Shown piece by piece: positions 32,470-45,591 of a stretch of 64,000 nt of DNA. Position 1 is the stretch's first letter. Every line of letters begins with the position of its first letter. This stretch comes from the human T2T-CHM13v2.0 reference genome, Homo sapiens. The stretch lies in NCBI RefSeq assembly GCF_009914755.1, contig NC_060947.1; one strand, written 5' to 3'. Under the pieces are notes generated by a model. That model was not told the DNA's origin and ran no database searches. It worked only from the letters and a program-made list of their open reading frames with translations. The translations under genes were made by a program, and so were the position numbers.

Positions 32470-32687
32470 TAGTCAGTTTAATGCCCTAAAAAAATGATGT
32501 TTGCACAAATGATTCTAATGCACAAATGTTATTAGTTTCTATACATTTATATTTTCTCAGAGTCTTTTCTGATTATTTGCTGGACCCTACATTTATAATT
32601 CCATTTATGCCGATTTCAGAGTAAAATTTCTATTGGGGTACAATTTAGTCTTTTTCTTCTAGGATTGCAATTTTCATTGTGTTGGCC

Positions 32688-32927
32688 TAGGGCTTCTCAA
32701 CCTTGGCATTATTGACATTTGAAGCTAGATAATTCTTCCTTGTGGGGTGGTGTGAGAGCTGTCTTATGCACTGCAGGAAGTTTGGCAGCATCTCTGGCCT
32801 CTACCAAATAGATCTTAGTGGCACTCTCTTGCCCAATTGTGACAAGCAAAAATGTCTCCAGAGTTTGACAAATGTTTTCTCGGGTTGCGGTGGGGGCCCC
32901 AGGAATTTCAACAATAGAAAACCATTG
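32688..32927 (+). mobile_element. MER20 (hAT-Charlie)
   Basis: ttctcaaccttggcattattgacattt...tttggcagcatctctggcctctacc...tgtgacaagcaaaaatgtctccaga...gaaaaccattg. Confidence 0.85.
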
Positions 32928-35900
32928 CTTTAGCTCACCCTTACACATATTCATAAGAGAGGATTTTGTATTTTATAGAAAGATTTTATTAACTCCAAAA
33001 AGGAGTCAGACTTGAAAACCTTCAAAAACCTTCAAATGATGAGCATTCTCAGATAAAATATTTCAGAAATGTTGAAACAATAAATGCTATTTGAATAACA
33101 CATACTTTAGTGGTCATAGGTGAAATAGTATTAGGACATATATCAAGTCCTTTGATAAAAAGATATTTTATGAAGTAATAGTGCCTTTTAACAAATTCAT
33201 AATATGTTATAATTTATCGTAAATGTAGAAGTTACTTTCTTATCTGTGTGACTGAAGGGGAACACAGTGCTAAATGATAAAACAGAGTAGCCTGAGGTGG
33301 TTTTCTTCTAATTTCAGGTCAGATTTACATTTCACTAATTGCACAAAAGTTTTTCAATATTAATTTTGTTTTATATATACAGAAAACATATTTATTATTA
33401 GCACTAGCAAAATCTTATGTAATGAACCCACTTCATAAATAGAATATTTATGTTAATCAAATATGAATGTTTTGCCAACCTAATTTCAAATCTTAACATA
33501 AAAAATTGGAATGAGAAAATTGATACATATGAGTATATTGGTATATGTATTATAAATGATTCAACCTCAGCTAGTAAAGGAAGTTTTATTATTTTCAATA
33601 GTAAAATCATTATTTTTCTAATTTGATTTCATAGTTATGTAAGAATTATTAGCAATGTTAAAATAATAAACTTTGAGCGAAACTATTTCCTGATTGTTAA
33701 TGGATAAGAAAAAGATAAAAATTGACATCTAGAATTAGGCAAAGGAAAAACTAATGGAAGATTCAATATATGAATGAGACACAAAAGTTGATAGTGGTGT
33801 GTGATAGAACTAATTACAAGCGTTTTTTAAGCGAATATTTTTAGTTATAGATTTATTTATGAAAAATTGTTCTTAGCTCTTGAATTTTATAGTGTTTTTA
33901 AATTTTTAATGTATTTACTTTTTTCTTTTTTCTTTTTTCTTTTTAATTTTTGTTAGTACATCATAGGTGTATATATTCATGGGGTACATGAAATACTTTG
34001 ATACAGACATGCAATTGTCATGATCACATCGTGGTAAATGGGACATCCATTCCCTCAAGCATTTATCCTTTGTGTTACACACAATCCAATGATACTTTTA
34101 GTTATTTTAAAATATATGATTAAATTATTATTGACTGTAGCCACCCTGTTGTGTTAGCAAACGCTAGGTCTTATTCATTCTTTCTTTTTTGGTACCCATT
34201 AATCATCCCTACCTCCCCTGCCTACCAACAACCCTTGCTAGCCTCTGGTAACCACCTTCTACTCTCTGTCTTCATGAGTTCAATTGCTGAAATTTTTAGC
34301 TCCCACAAATATGTGAGAACGTGTGAAGTTTCTCTTTCTGTGCCTGGCCTACTTCAATTAACATAATGATCCATCCATCCATGTTGTTGCAAATGACAGG
34401 CTCTCATTCTCTTTTCTGAATAGTACTCCATTTTGTATATGTACCAGATTTCCTTTACCCATTCATCTGTTGATGAACACTTCAGTTGCTTCCAAATCTT
34501 GGCTACTGTGAATAGTGCTGCAAAAAAGCCTGGGAGTGCAGATATCACTTTGATATACTTATCTCCTTTCTTTTGTGCGTATACCCAGCAATGGGATTGC
34601 TGGATTGTAATGGTAGCTCAATTCTTAGTTTTTTGAGGAACCTCCAAACTGTTCTCCAAGTGATTGTACTAATTTACATTCCCACAAACACTGTACAAGG
34701 ATTCCCTTTTCTCCACATCGTTGCCAACATTTGTTACCACCCGTCTTTTAGATAAAAGCCAGGGGGTGAGATAATATCTTATTGTAGTTTTGATTTGCAT
34801 TTCTCTGATGATTAATTATGTCAAACATCTTTTCATATGCCTGTTTGCCATTTGTATATCTTATTTCGAGAAATGCCTATTCAAATCTTTTGCCCATTTT
34901 TTATTACAATATTAGATTTCTTTTTCTCTAGAGTGATTTGAGCTCTCCATATATTCAGATTATTAATCCTTTGTCAGATGGGTAGTTTGCAATATTTTCT
35001 CCCATTCTGTGGGTTGTCTCTTCACTTTGTTTTTGATTGTGTCCTTTGCTGTGCAGAAGCTTTGTAACTTGATGTGATCCCATTTGCCCATTTTTGCTTT
35101 GGTTGCCTGTGCTTGTGAGGTATTGCTCAAGAAATCTTTGCCCAGACCAACATCCTGGAGATTGTTTCCAATGTTTTCTTGTATGGTATAATAGCTTGAG
35201 ATCTTAAATTTAAGTATTTACTCCAATTTGATTTGATTTTTCTATATGGTGAGAGATAGGGGTTTAATTTCATTCATCTGCATGTGGATATCAGGTTTTT
35301 CCAGCACCATTTATTGAAGAGATTGTATTTTCCCCAATGTATGTTTTTGGCAACCTTGTCAAACATTATTTCACTGTAGTAGTGAGGATTTGTTTCTGGG
35401 TTATCTGTTCTGTTCCATTGGTATATGTGTCTGTTCTTAAGCCAATACCATGCTATTTGGTTACTATAGCTCTGTAGTATAATTTGAAGTCAGGTAATGT
35501 GATTCCTTCAGTTTTGTTCTTTTTGCTCAGGATAGCTTTGTCTATACTGGGTTTTTTGTGTGGTTCTATACAAATCTGAGGATTTTTTTTCTATTTCTGT
35601 GAAGAATATCATTGGAATTTTTATTGGGATTGCATTGAACCTGTAGATTGCTTTAGGTAGTATGGACATTTTAACAATTTTGATTCTTCTAATCTATGAA
35701 CATGGAATATTTTTTCCCTTTTTTGGTGCCCTCTTCAATTGCTTTCATCAGTGTTTCATAGTTTTCGTGATTGAGATTTTTTACTTCTTTGGATAAGTTA
35801 ATTCCTAGGTATTTAATTTTTTGTGTGGCTATTATAAATGGAAATAATTTTTAAATTCTTTGTCACATTGGTCGCTGTTGGCATATAGAAGTGGTATTGA

Positions 35901-36528
35901 TTTTTGTATGTTGATTTTGGATCCTGCATCTTTACTGAAATTGTTTATCATTTCTAATAGTTTTCTTGTGGAGTCTTTAGTTTTTTCCAAATATAAGACC
36001 ATATTATCTGTAAACAATGATAATTTGAATTCTTCCTTTCCAATTTGGATAACCTTTATATCTTTCTCTTATCTGATGGCTCTAGCTAGGACTACCAGTA
36101 CTATGTTGAATAATAGTGGTGACAGGGGGCATCCTTGTCATGTTCCAGATCTTAGAGGGAAGAATTTCCATTTTTCCACATTTAGTATGATACTAGCTGT
36201 GGATCTTTCATATGTGACTTTAATTGTGTTTAGATATGTTCCTTCTATCCCCAGTTTTTTGAGAGTTTTTGTCATGAAGGGATGTTGAATTTTATAAAAT
36301 GCTTTTTCAGCATCAATTGAAATGATCATATGGTTTTTATCCTTCATTCTATTGATGATATCTCACATTGATTTGCATATGTTGAACCATCCTTGTTTAC
36401 CAGGGGTACATCCCACTTGGTTATGATGAATGATCTTTCTAATGTATTGTTGAATTTGGTTTGCTAGTATTTTTGTTGAGGATTTTTGCATTAATAGTCA
36501 TCAGAGATATTTGCTTGTAGTTTTCTCT

Positions 36529-39500
36529 TTTTATTATCATTTTTAAGTTCCAGGGTACATGTGCAGGATGTGCAGTTCATTACATAGGTAAATGTGTGCC
36601 GTGGTGATTTGCTGCACCTATCAACCCATCATGTAGGTATTAAACACAGCATGCATTAGCTAGTTAGCTGATGCTCTCCTTCCCTAACTGGCCTCAGTGT
36701 GTGGTGTTCCCCTCCCTGTGTCCATGCGTTCTCGTTGTTCAGATCCCACTTATAAGTTAGAACATGTGGTGTTTGATTTTCTGTTCCTGTGTTAGTTTGC
36801 GGAGGATAATGGCTTCCATCTCCACCCATGTTACTGCAAAGGACATGATCTCATTTCTTTTTGTGGCTGCATAGTATTCCATTGTGTATATGTACCAAAT
36901 TTTCTTTATCCAGTCTATCATTGATTGGCATTTGCGTTGATTCCACATCTTTGCTATTGTGAATAGTGCTGCAATGAACATACATGTGCATGTATCTGTA
37001 TCGTGCAATAATGTATATTCCCTTGGGTATATACCCAGTAATGGGATTGCTGGGTCAAATGGTATTTCTGGTCCTAGGTTATATTAGTCTGTTCTCATGC
37101 TGCTAATAAAGACATACCCAAGACTGGGTAATTTATAAAGAAAAATAGGGTTAATTGACTCACACAGTTCCACGTGGCTGGAGAGGCCTCACAATCATGG
37201 CACAAGGCAAAGGAGGAGAAAGGCAGGTCTTACATGGAGGCTGGCAAGAGAGAGCGTGTGCAGGGGAGCTCCCTTTTATGAAACCATCAGATCTCATGAG
37301 ACTTATTCACTATCACAAGAACAGCACAGGAAAGAAATGCTTCCATGATTCAATTACCTCACACCAGGTTCCTCCCATGACACATGGGAATTATGGGAGC
37401 TGCAATTTGAAATTTGGGTGGGGACACAGCGAAACCATATTTTTCTGCCCCTGGCCCCTCCCAGAACTCATGTCATCACATTTTAAAGCCAATCATAGCT
37501 TCCCAACTGTCCTCCAAAGTCTTAACTTATTTCAACATTAACTCAAAAGCCCAAGTCCAAAGTCTCAGGTGAGATAAGGCAAGCCCCTTCCACCTATGAG
37601 CCTATAAAATCAATAGCAAGTTACTTTCTGGATACAATGGGTGTACAGGCATTGGGTAAATACACCCATTCCAGATGGGAGAAATTGGCCAAAATAAAGG
37701 GGCTACAGGCCCCATAAAAGTCTGAAATCCAATAGGGCAGTCACATCTTAAAGTTCAAAAATGATCTCCTTTGACACCATGTCTCATATCCAGGTCATGC
37801 TGATGCAAGAGGTAGGTTCCCATGGTCTTGGGCAGCTCCACCCCTGTGGCTTTGCAGGGTACAGCCCCTCTCCTGGCTGATTTCATAGGCTGGCATTGAG
37901 TGTCTGTGGCTTTTCCAGGCACATGGTGTAAGTTGTCAATGGATCTACCATTCTGGGGTCTAGATGACAGTGGCCCTCTTCTCACAGTTCCACTAGATAG
38001 TGCACCAGTGGGGATTCTTTGTGGAGGCTCCCACCCCACATTTCCCTTCTGCCATGCCCTTGCAGAGGTTCTCCATGAGTGCTCTGCCCCTGTAGCACAC
38101 TTCTGCCTGGACATCCAGTTGTTTCCCTACATCCTCTGAAATCTTGGTGGAGGTTCCCAAACCTCAGTTCTTGACTTCTGTTCACCCTCATGCCCAACAC
38201 CACGTATAAGCCACCAAGGCTTGGGGCTTCCACCCTCTGAAGCAACAGCCTGAGCTCTACATCGGACACTTTCAGCCATGGCTGGGATGTAGGTCATCAA
38301 GTCCCCAAACTGCACAAAGCAGCAAGGCCCTGGTCCCAGCTCATGAAACAATTATTTTTTTCTCCTAGGCCTCCCAGCTTGTGATGGATGGGAGAGGCTG
38401 CCATGAAATCTGCTGACATGTCCTGGAGTCATTTTCCCATTGTCTTCTCGATTGATATTTGGCTCCTTGTTTCCTATGCAAACTTTTGCAGTCAGCTTGA
38501 ATTTCTCCTCAGAAAATGGCTTTCTCTTTTCAATCACATTGTCAGACTGCAATTTTTCCAAACTTTCATGCTCTGCCTTCCTTTTAAACATAAATTCCAT
38601 AAGTTCAAAACCATATTGTAGTGAATACATAACACTGAATGCTTTTGACAATACCGAAGTCATTTCTTGAATGCTTTGCTGCTTAGAAATTTCTTCTGCC
38701 GGATACCCTAAATCATCTCTCTCAAATTCAAAGTTCCACAAATCTCTAGGGCAGGGACAAAATGCCACCAGTCTCTTCACTAAAACATAGCAAGAGTCAC
38801 CTTTGCTCCAGTTCCCAACAAGTTCCTCATCTCCATCTGAGACCACCTCAGCCTGGACTTTATTGTCCATTTCACTATCAACATTTTGGTCAAAGTCATT
38901 CAACAAGTCTCTAGGAAGTTCCAAACTTTCCCACATCTTCTTGTTTATTTAGGATCCCTCTAAACTGTTCCAGTCTCTGCCTGTTACTCAGTTGCAAAGT
39001 CATTTCCAAATTTTGGGGTATCTTTACAGCAGCACCCCACTCTACCAGTACCAGTTTACTGTATCAGTCCATTCTCACATGGCTAGTACAGACATACCCG
39101 AGACTGGGTAATTTATAAAGAAAAAGAGGTTTAATGAATCCACAGTTTACAACAACAGTGTAAAAGCTTTTCTATTTCTCCACAGCCTGGCCGGAATCTG
39201 TATTTTGTGGACATTTTAATAATTGTCATTCTGACTGTCCTGAGATAGTATCTCATTGTGATTTTGGTTTACATTTCTCTAGTGATCAGTGATGTTGAGC
39301 TTTTTTTCCATATGTTTTCTGGTCGCATGTATATCTTCTTTTGAGAATTGTCTGTTCATGTCCTTTGCCCACTTTTTAATGTTTTTTTTTCTTGTAAATT
39401 TGTTTAAGTTCCTTATAGATTCTGTATATGAGACCTTTATCATAGGGATAGATTGCAAAAATTTTCTCACATTCTGTAGGTTGTTTGTTCACTCTGATGA

Positions 39501-42125
39501 TTGTTTCTTTTGTTGTGCAGAAGCTCTTTAATTAGATCCCATTTGTCAATTTTTCCTTTTGTTGCAGTTGCATTTGACATTTTCATCATGATGCCTTTGC
39601 CCTTGCCTATGTCCTGAATGGTATTGCCTAGATTTTCTTCTAGGGTTTTTATAGTTTTGGGCTTTACATTTAATTCATTCATCTATCTTGAGTTAATTTT
39701 GGTAAAAGGTGTAAGGAAGGGGTCCAATTTCAATTTTCTGCATATGGCTAGCCAGTTCTCCCAGCACCATTTATTAAAAAAGGAACCCTTTCCCCATTGC
39801 TTGTTTTTTTTTTTTTCAGGTTTGTCAAAGATCAGATGGTTGTAGGTGTGCAGTCTTATTTCTGAGTTCTCTATTCTGTTGCATTTGTCTATGTTTCTGT
39901 TTTTGTAGCAGTACCATGCTATTTTGGTTACTGTAGCCTTGTAGTATAGTTTGATGTCAGGTAGTGTGATGCCTCCAGCTTTGTTGTTTTCGCTTGGAAT
40001 TGTCTTAAGTATATAGTCTCTTTTTTGATTCTATATGAATTTTAAAATAGTTTTTTTTTCTAATTATGTGAAGAATGCCAATGGTAGTTTAATGGGAATA
40101 CCATCTATAAATTACTTTGGGCAGTGTGGACATTTTGACAATATTGACTCTTCCTATCCATGAGCATGGTAAGGTATATTTTTCCATTTGTTTGTGTCCT
40201 CTTTGATTTCCTTGAGCAGTCGTTTGTAGTTCTTCTTGAAGAGGTCTTTCATTTCCCTTGTTAGCTGAATTCCTAGGTATTTGATTCTCTTTGTAGCAAT
40301 TTTGAATTGGAGTTCATTCATGATTTGGCTCTCTGCTTATCTGTTGTTGGTGTTTAGGGATGCTTGTGATTTTTCCACACTGATTTTGTATCCTGAGACT
40401 TTGCTAAAGTTGCTTATCAGCTTAAGAAGCTTTTGGGCTGAGACAATGGGGTTTTCTAGATTTAGGATCATCTCATCTGCAAAGACAATTTGACTTCCTC
40501 TATTTCTATTTGAGTATATTTTATTTCTTTCTCTTGCCTGATTGTCCTGGCCAGAACTTCCAATACTATGTTGAATAGGAGTGGTGAGAGAGGGCATCCT
40601 TGTCTTGTGCCGGTTTTCAGGGGAGATGCTTCCAGCTTTTGCCCATTCAATATGATATTGGCTATGGGTTTGTCATAAATGGCTCTTATTATTTTGAGAT
40701 ATGTTTCTTCGATAGCTAGTTCATTGAGAGTTTTTAACATGAAGTGTTGTTGAATTTTATTGAAGGCCTTTTCTGTGTCTATTTAGATAAGCATGAGGTT
40801 TCTGTCTTTAGTTCTGCTTATGTGATGAATTATGTTTATTTATTTGTGTATGTTGAACCAGCCGTGCATCTTGAGGATAAAGCTGACTTGATCGTGGTGG
40901 ATAAGCTTTTTGATTTGCTGCTGGATTCAGTTTGCCAGTATTTTATTCGGGATTTTTGTATTGATGTTCATTAAAGATATTGGCCTGAAGTTTCATTATT
41001 TATTTTTATTTTTTTGGTTGCATCTCTGCGAGGTTTTGGTATAAGAATGATGCTGGCCTCATAAAATGAATTAGGGAGGAGTCCCTCCTTTTCAGTTGTT
41101 TGGAACAATTTCAGAAGAAATGGTATCAGCTCCTCTTTGTACCTCTGGTAGAATTCAGCTGTAAATCCATCTGGTCCTGGGCTTTGTTTTTTTGGTAAGC
41201 TATTTATTACTCCTTCAATTTCATAACTCATTATTGGTCTCTTCGGGGATTCTATTTCTTCCTGGTTCAGTTTTGGGAGGGTGTATATTTCCAGGAATTT
41301 ATCGATTTCTTCTAGATTTTCTAGTTTATTTGCATAGAGGTGTTTATAGTATTCTCTGATGGTTGTTTGTGTTTCTGTGGGTAGGTGGTGATATCCCCTT
41401 TATCATTTCAGATTGTGTCTGCCCCAGTGAGATCAGAGTTCTGTCCATAAACCCCTGACTGGAGTTGCTGATATTCCTGTAGGGAGGCCTTGCCCAGTGA
41501 ACAGGGATAGATCCAGGTCCCACCCAAAGAAGCAATCTGGCCACAGTCTGTCACAGCCACTGTGCTGCACTGTGGAGAATTCCTCCCAGTCGAAACCTTC
41601 CAGTCTGTCAGGCCCTGGCAGCAGAAAATGGCTGTTTGGAGCCACAGGGATGGCTGCCGCACCTCCCCCCAGGAACTTGGTCATCTTAGTCAGTCTCCAG
41701 CCTGCTACCTACCGCTGGGTCCAACCCAAACGGCTGCTGAGATTCTGCACAATTCTGTGCTTGGGACCCAAAGTCCTGGTGGCATAGGCTCACAAAGGAA
41801 TCTCCTAATCCCTGAGTTGTGCAGATCGGTTGAAAAAGCATGATTTCCTGAGCAGAGTAGCACAATAACCTCCTCCCTTGGCTGAGGGTAGGAACTTCCC
41901 TTGCCCTGTGCAACTAGCAGATGGGCCATCACTCCACCGTGCTTTTCTCTCTGCATGGGTTGCATCAACTGCCTAGTCAGTCCCAATGTGAGAACCTGGA
42001 TACCTTAGTTGATGGTGCAGGATGCACTAGCTTTTTTTGTTCTTCTTGGTGAGAGCTGCCAACCACACCTGCATCTAATCAGCTTTCTTGGCACCACCGC
42101 CACTCATCTTGGCCCCGCCAACACC
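36529..42125 (-). mobile_element. Nested L1PA (about PA8-10), internally deleted and itself interrupted by THE1
   Basis: New 3' end ttttaagttccagggtacatgtgcagg at 36541; ORF2 sequence continues at 39150-41420; GC-rich 5'UTR at 41418-42120; agttttct(c)ttttt on both flanks. Confidence 0.85.
37080..39148 (-). mobile_element. THE1 (ERVL-MaLR, probably THE1C/D): complete 3' LTR 37080-37441, internal region, and ~90 bp of the 5' LTR at 39060-39148
   Basis: tattagtctgttctcatgctgctaataaagacataccc...ggggacacagcgaaaccatat; minus-strand polypurine tract at 37442-37461; MaLR ORF relic MWESLELPRDLLNDFDQN; the LTR segment recurs at 39060. Confidence 0.92.
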
Positions 42126-44447
42126 CAGTTTTCTTTTTTTGATGTGTCTTAGTCTGATTTTTGTATCTGGGTAATGTTGGTCTCATAGAATGAGTCTGGA
42201 AATATTCTCTCCTCTATTTTTTGCAATAGTTTCAGTAGAATTGGTATTAGTTCTTGTTTGAATGTTTGGTAGTATTCAGCAGTAAAGCTATCGGGTCCCA
42301 GGCTTTTCTTTACTGAGAGGCTTTTTTATTACAGCTTTGATCTCACTACTAGTTATTGGCCTGTTCAGGATTTGAATTTCTTCCTGGTGAAATCTTGGTT
42401 GGTTCTATGTGTCTAGGAATTTCTCTATTTTCTTCTAGGTTTTCCAATTTATTGGCATATAGTTGCTGATAGTAGCCACTAATGAGCCTTTGCATTTCTG
42501 CAGTGTCAGTTGTAAAGTCTCATTTTTTCATTTCTGATTTTATTTATTTATATCCTCTCTCTTTTTTCTTAGTTCATCTGGCTAACAGTTTGTCAATTTT
42601 GTTTAACTATTTTAAAAAGCCGCTTTTTGTTTCTTCAACAATCTTTTTTCATTTTCTTCATTTCAATTTCATTTTATTCTACTCTAATCTTTATTATTTA
42701 TTTCCTTCTACTAATTTTGGGTTTGGCTTGTTCTTGCTTTTCTACTTATTAAGATGAATTGTTAGATTCTTTATTTGAAGGTTTTCCTCTTTTTTGATGT
42801 AGGCACTAATAGCTATAAACTTCCCTCTTGGTACTGCTTTTGCTCTACCCCATAGGTTTTGGTATGCTGTGTTTTCTTTATTATTTGTTTCAAGAAACTT
42901 TTCAATTTACCTCTTAATTTCTTTATTGACCCACTGATCATTAAGCAGCATATTATTTAATTTCCGTGTATTTGTATAGTTTCCAAAATTCCTCTCTTTA
43001 TTGATTTCTAGGTTTATTCTATTGTGCTTAGAGATGAGGCTTGATATTATTTCAATTTTTTGAATGTTTTAAGACTTGCTTTGTGACTTAACATATGGTC
43101 TATTCTTGACAATGATCCATGTGCTGAGGAAAAGAATGTGTATTCTGCAGCTGTTGGATGTAATGTTCTGTAAATATCTATTAGATGCATGTGGTGTATA
43201 GTACAGATTAAGTCTGATGTTTCTTTGTTGATTTTCTGTTGGGAAGATCTGTCCAGTGCTAAAAGTGGGGCATTGAAGTCTCTAGCTATTATTGTACTTG
43301 GGACAATCTCTTTTTAGCTCTAATAATATTTTCTTTATATATCCAGGAGCTCCAGTGTTGGGTGCATATATATTTAAAATTGTTGTATCCTCTGACTGAA
43401 TTGAAACCTTTATCATTATATACTGACTTTCTCTCTTCTTAATTGCTTTTGTCTTGAAATTTACTCTGTTTGATATAAGTATAGCTACACCTGCTCTTTT
43501 TTGTTTTCCATTGGCATGGAATATCTTTTTCTCTTTTTCATTTTCAGTCTATGTGTGTCTTCATAAGTGAAATGTGTTTCTCATAAGCAACAGATCACTG
43601 GTTCTCATTTTTTCATCCATTTAGCCATTCTTTGTCTTTTAATTGAAGATGTTATTTCATTTACATTGAATAATATTGATAAGTAAGGACTTACTCCTGC
43701 CATTTTATTATTTGTTTCCTGGTTGTTTTGTGGTCTTCTCTTCCTTCTTTCTGTCCTTCCTGTCTTCCTCTAGTGAAGGAGATTTTCTCTGGTGAAATGT
43801 TTTAGTCTCTTGCTTGTCATTTTTTGTGTTTTCATTTTATGTTTTTTGGTTTGAGGTTATTTTGAGGCTTGCAAATACCATTTTATAATGCAGTATTTTA
43901 AGCTGATAATAGCTTAACATTGTTTGCATAAACTGACAATCAAAAAGAAAACTAATAAAAATTCTACACCTTAACTTGATCCCCAAGCTTTTTAACTTTT
44001 TGTTGCCGTACTGACTATGTCTTGAAAAGTGGTTGTAGTTATTACTTTTGATTGGTTCATTGTTTATTCTTTCTACTTAGGATAAGAGTAGTTTACACAT
44101 TACAGTTACAGTGTTATAATATTCTATGTTTTTCTGTGTACTTGCTGTTACCAGTGACTTTTGTACCTCCAGGTGATTACTTATTGCTCGTTAATGTCTT
44201 TTTCTTTGTGTTTGAAGTACTCCCTTTAGCATTTCTTGTAGGGCAGATCTCGTGTTGATGAAATCTCTCAGCTTTTGTCTGGGGAAATATTTATTTCTCC
44301 TTCATGTTTGAAGGATATTTTCACCAGATATACTATTTTAAGGTAAAAGTTTATTTTCCTTCAGCACTCTAAATATGTCATGCCACTCTCTTCTGATCTG
44401 TAAGATTTACACTGAGAAGCCTGCTTCCAGACGTATTGGAGCTCCAT

Positions 44448-44474
44448 TGTGTGTGTGTGTGTGTGTGTGTGTGT
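44448..44474. repeat. (TG)n microsatellite inside the old L1
   Basis: Read directly from the sequence. Confidence 0.9.
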
Positions 44475-45533
44475 TTGTGTATTTTCCCTCTCTTGCTGTC
44501 TTTAGGATCCTTTCTATATCATTGATCTTTAGGAGTTTAATTATTAATTACCTGAAGTAGTCTTTGCATTAAATCTTCTTGGTGTAAAACTTCCTTTTAC
44601 TTTGATATTGATATATTTTTCTAGGTTTGGAAAGTTCTCTGTTATTATTCTTTTGAAAAACTTTCTACCCCTATCTCTTTCTCTACCTCCTCTTTAAGGC
44701 CAGTCACTCTTAGATTTGCCCTTTTGAGGCTACTAATATTTCTTAGATCCTGTGGGCATGCTTCGTTGTTTTTTATTCTTTGTTCTTTTGTCTCCTCTGT
44801 GTATTTTCAAATACCCTGTCTTCAAGCTCACTAACTTTTTCTTTTGCTAGATTCATTCTGCCATTAAAAGACTCTGACACATTCTTCAGTATATCTATTG
44901 CATTATTTAACTTCAGAATTTCTGCTTCATTATTTTTAGTTATTTCAATCTCTTTGTTAAATTTCTCTGATAGAATTTTGAATTCCTTCTCCACATTATC
45001 TTGAATTTCTTTGAGTTTCTTCAACACAGCTATTTTGAACTCTGTTTGAAAGGTTGCATATCTCTGTTTATCTAGGCTTTGTCCTGGGTGACTTATTTAG
45101 TTCATTTGGTGCGATCACGTTTTCCTGGATGGTGTTAGTGCTAATAGATGTTCTTCAGTGTTTAGGCATTGAAGAGTTAGGTATTTATTGTACTCTTCAC
45201 TGTCTGGAATTATTTATACCCATCCTTTTTGGGAATGCTTTCCAGGTATTTGAAAGGGCTTTGGTATTGTGATCTAAGCTGTATGTGCTTTAGGGTACAC
45301 TCCAAGCCCACTAACACTGTGGTTCTTGCAAACTCACAGAGGCACCACCTCAATGGTTTGGACAAGATCCAAGGGAATTCTCTGTATTACCAGGCAGAGA
45401 CTGTTGTTCTGTTCCCTTATTTTTCTCAAGCAGAGTCCCTCTCTGTTCTGAGCCACCTAAGGTTGGGGATATGGTAACACAAGCACCACTGTGGCTTTCA
45501 CCACTATGACTGCACCTGGTCAGACCTAAAGCC

Positions 45534-45591
45534 AGCTCAGCACTGGGTCTCACCCAAGTTCAAGCTCAGCACTGGGTCTCACCCTTGTTCA
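45534..45591. repeat. Tandem duplication, 2 x 29 bp
   Basis: agctcagcactgggtctcaccc(aa/tt)gttca twice. Confidence 0.9.

Noticed and set aside
37155-38936. Cluster of 75-194 aa ORFs as a novel gene set
   Set aside because: All lie within the THE1 LTR or internal region; they are decayed MaLR ORF pieces and shadow frames.
41344-41986. Overlapping ORFs on both strands
   Set aside because: They fall in the GC-rich, stop-poor 5'UTR of the nested L1 and show no protein-family features.
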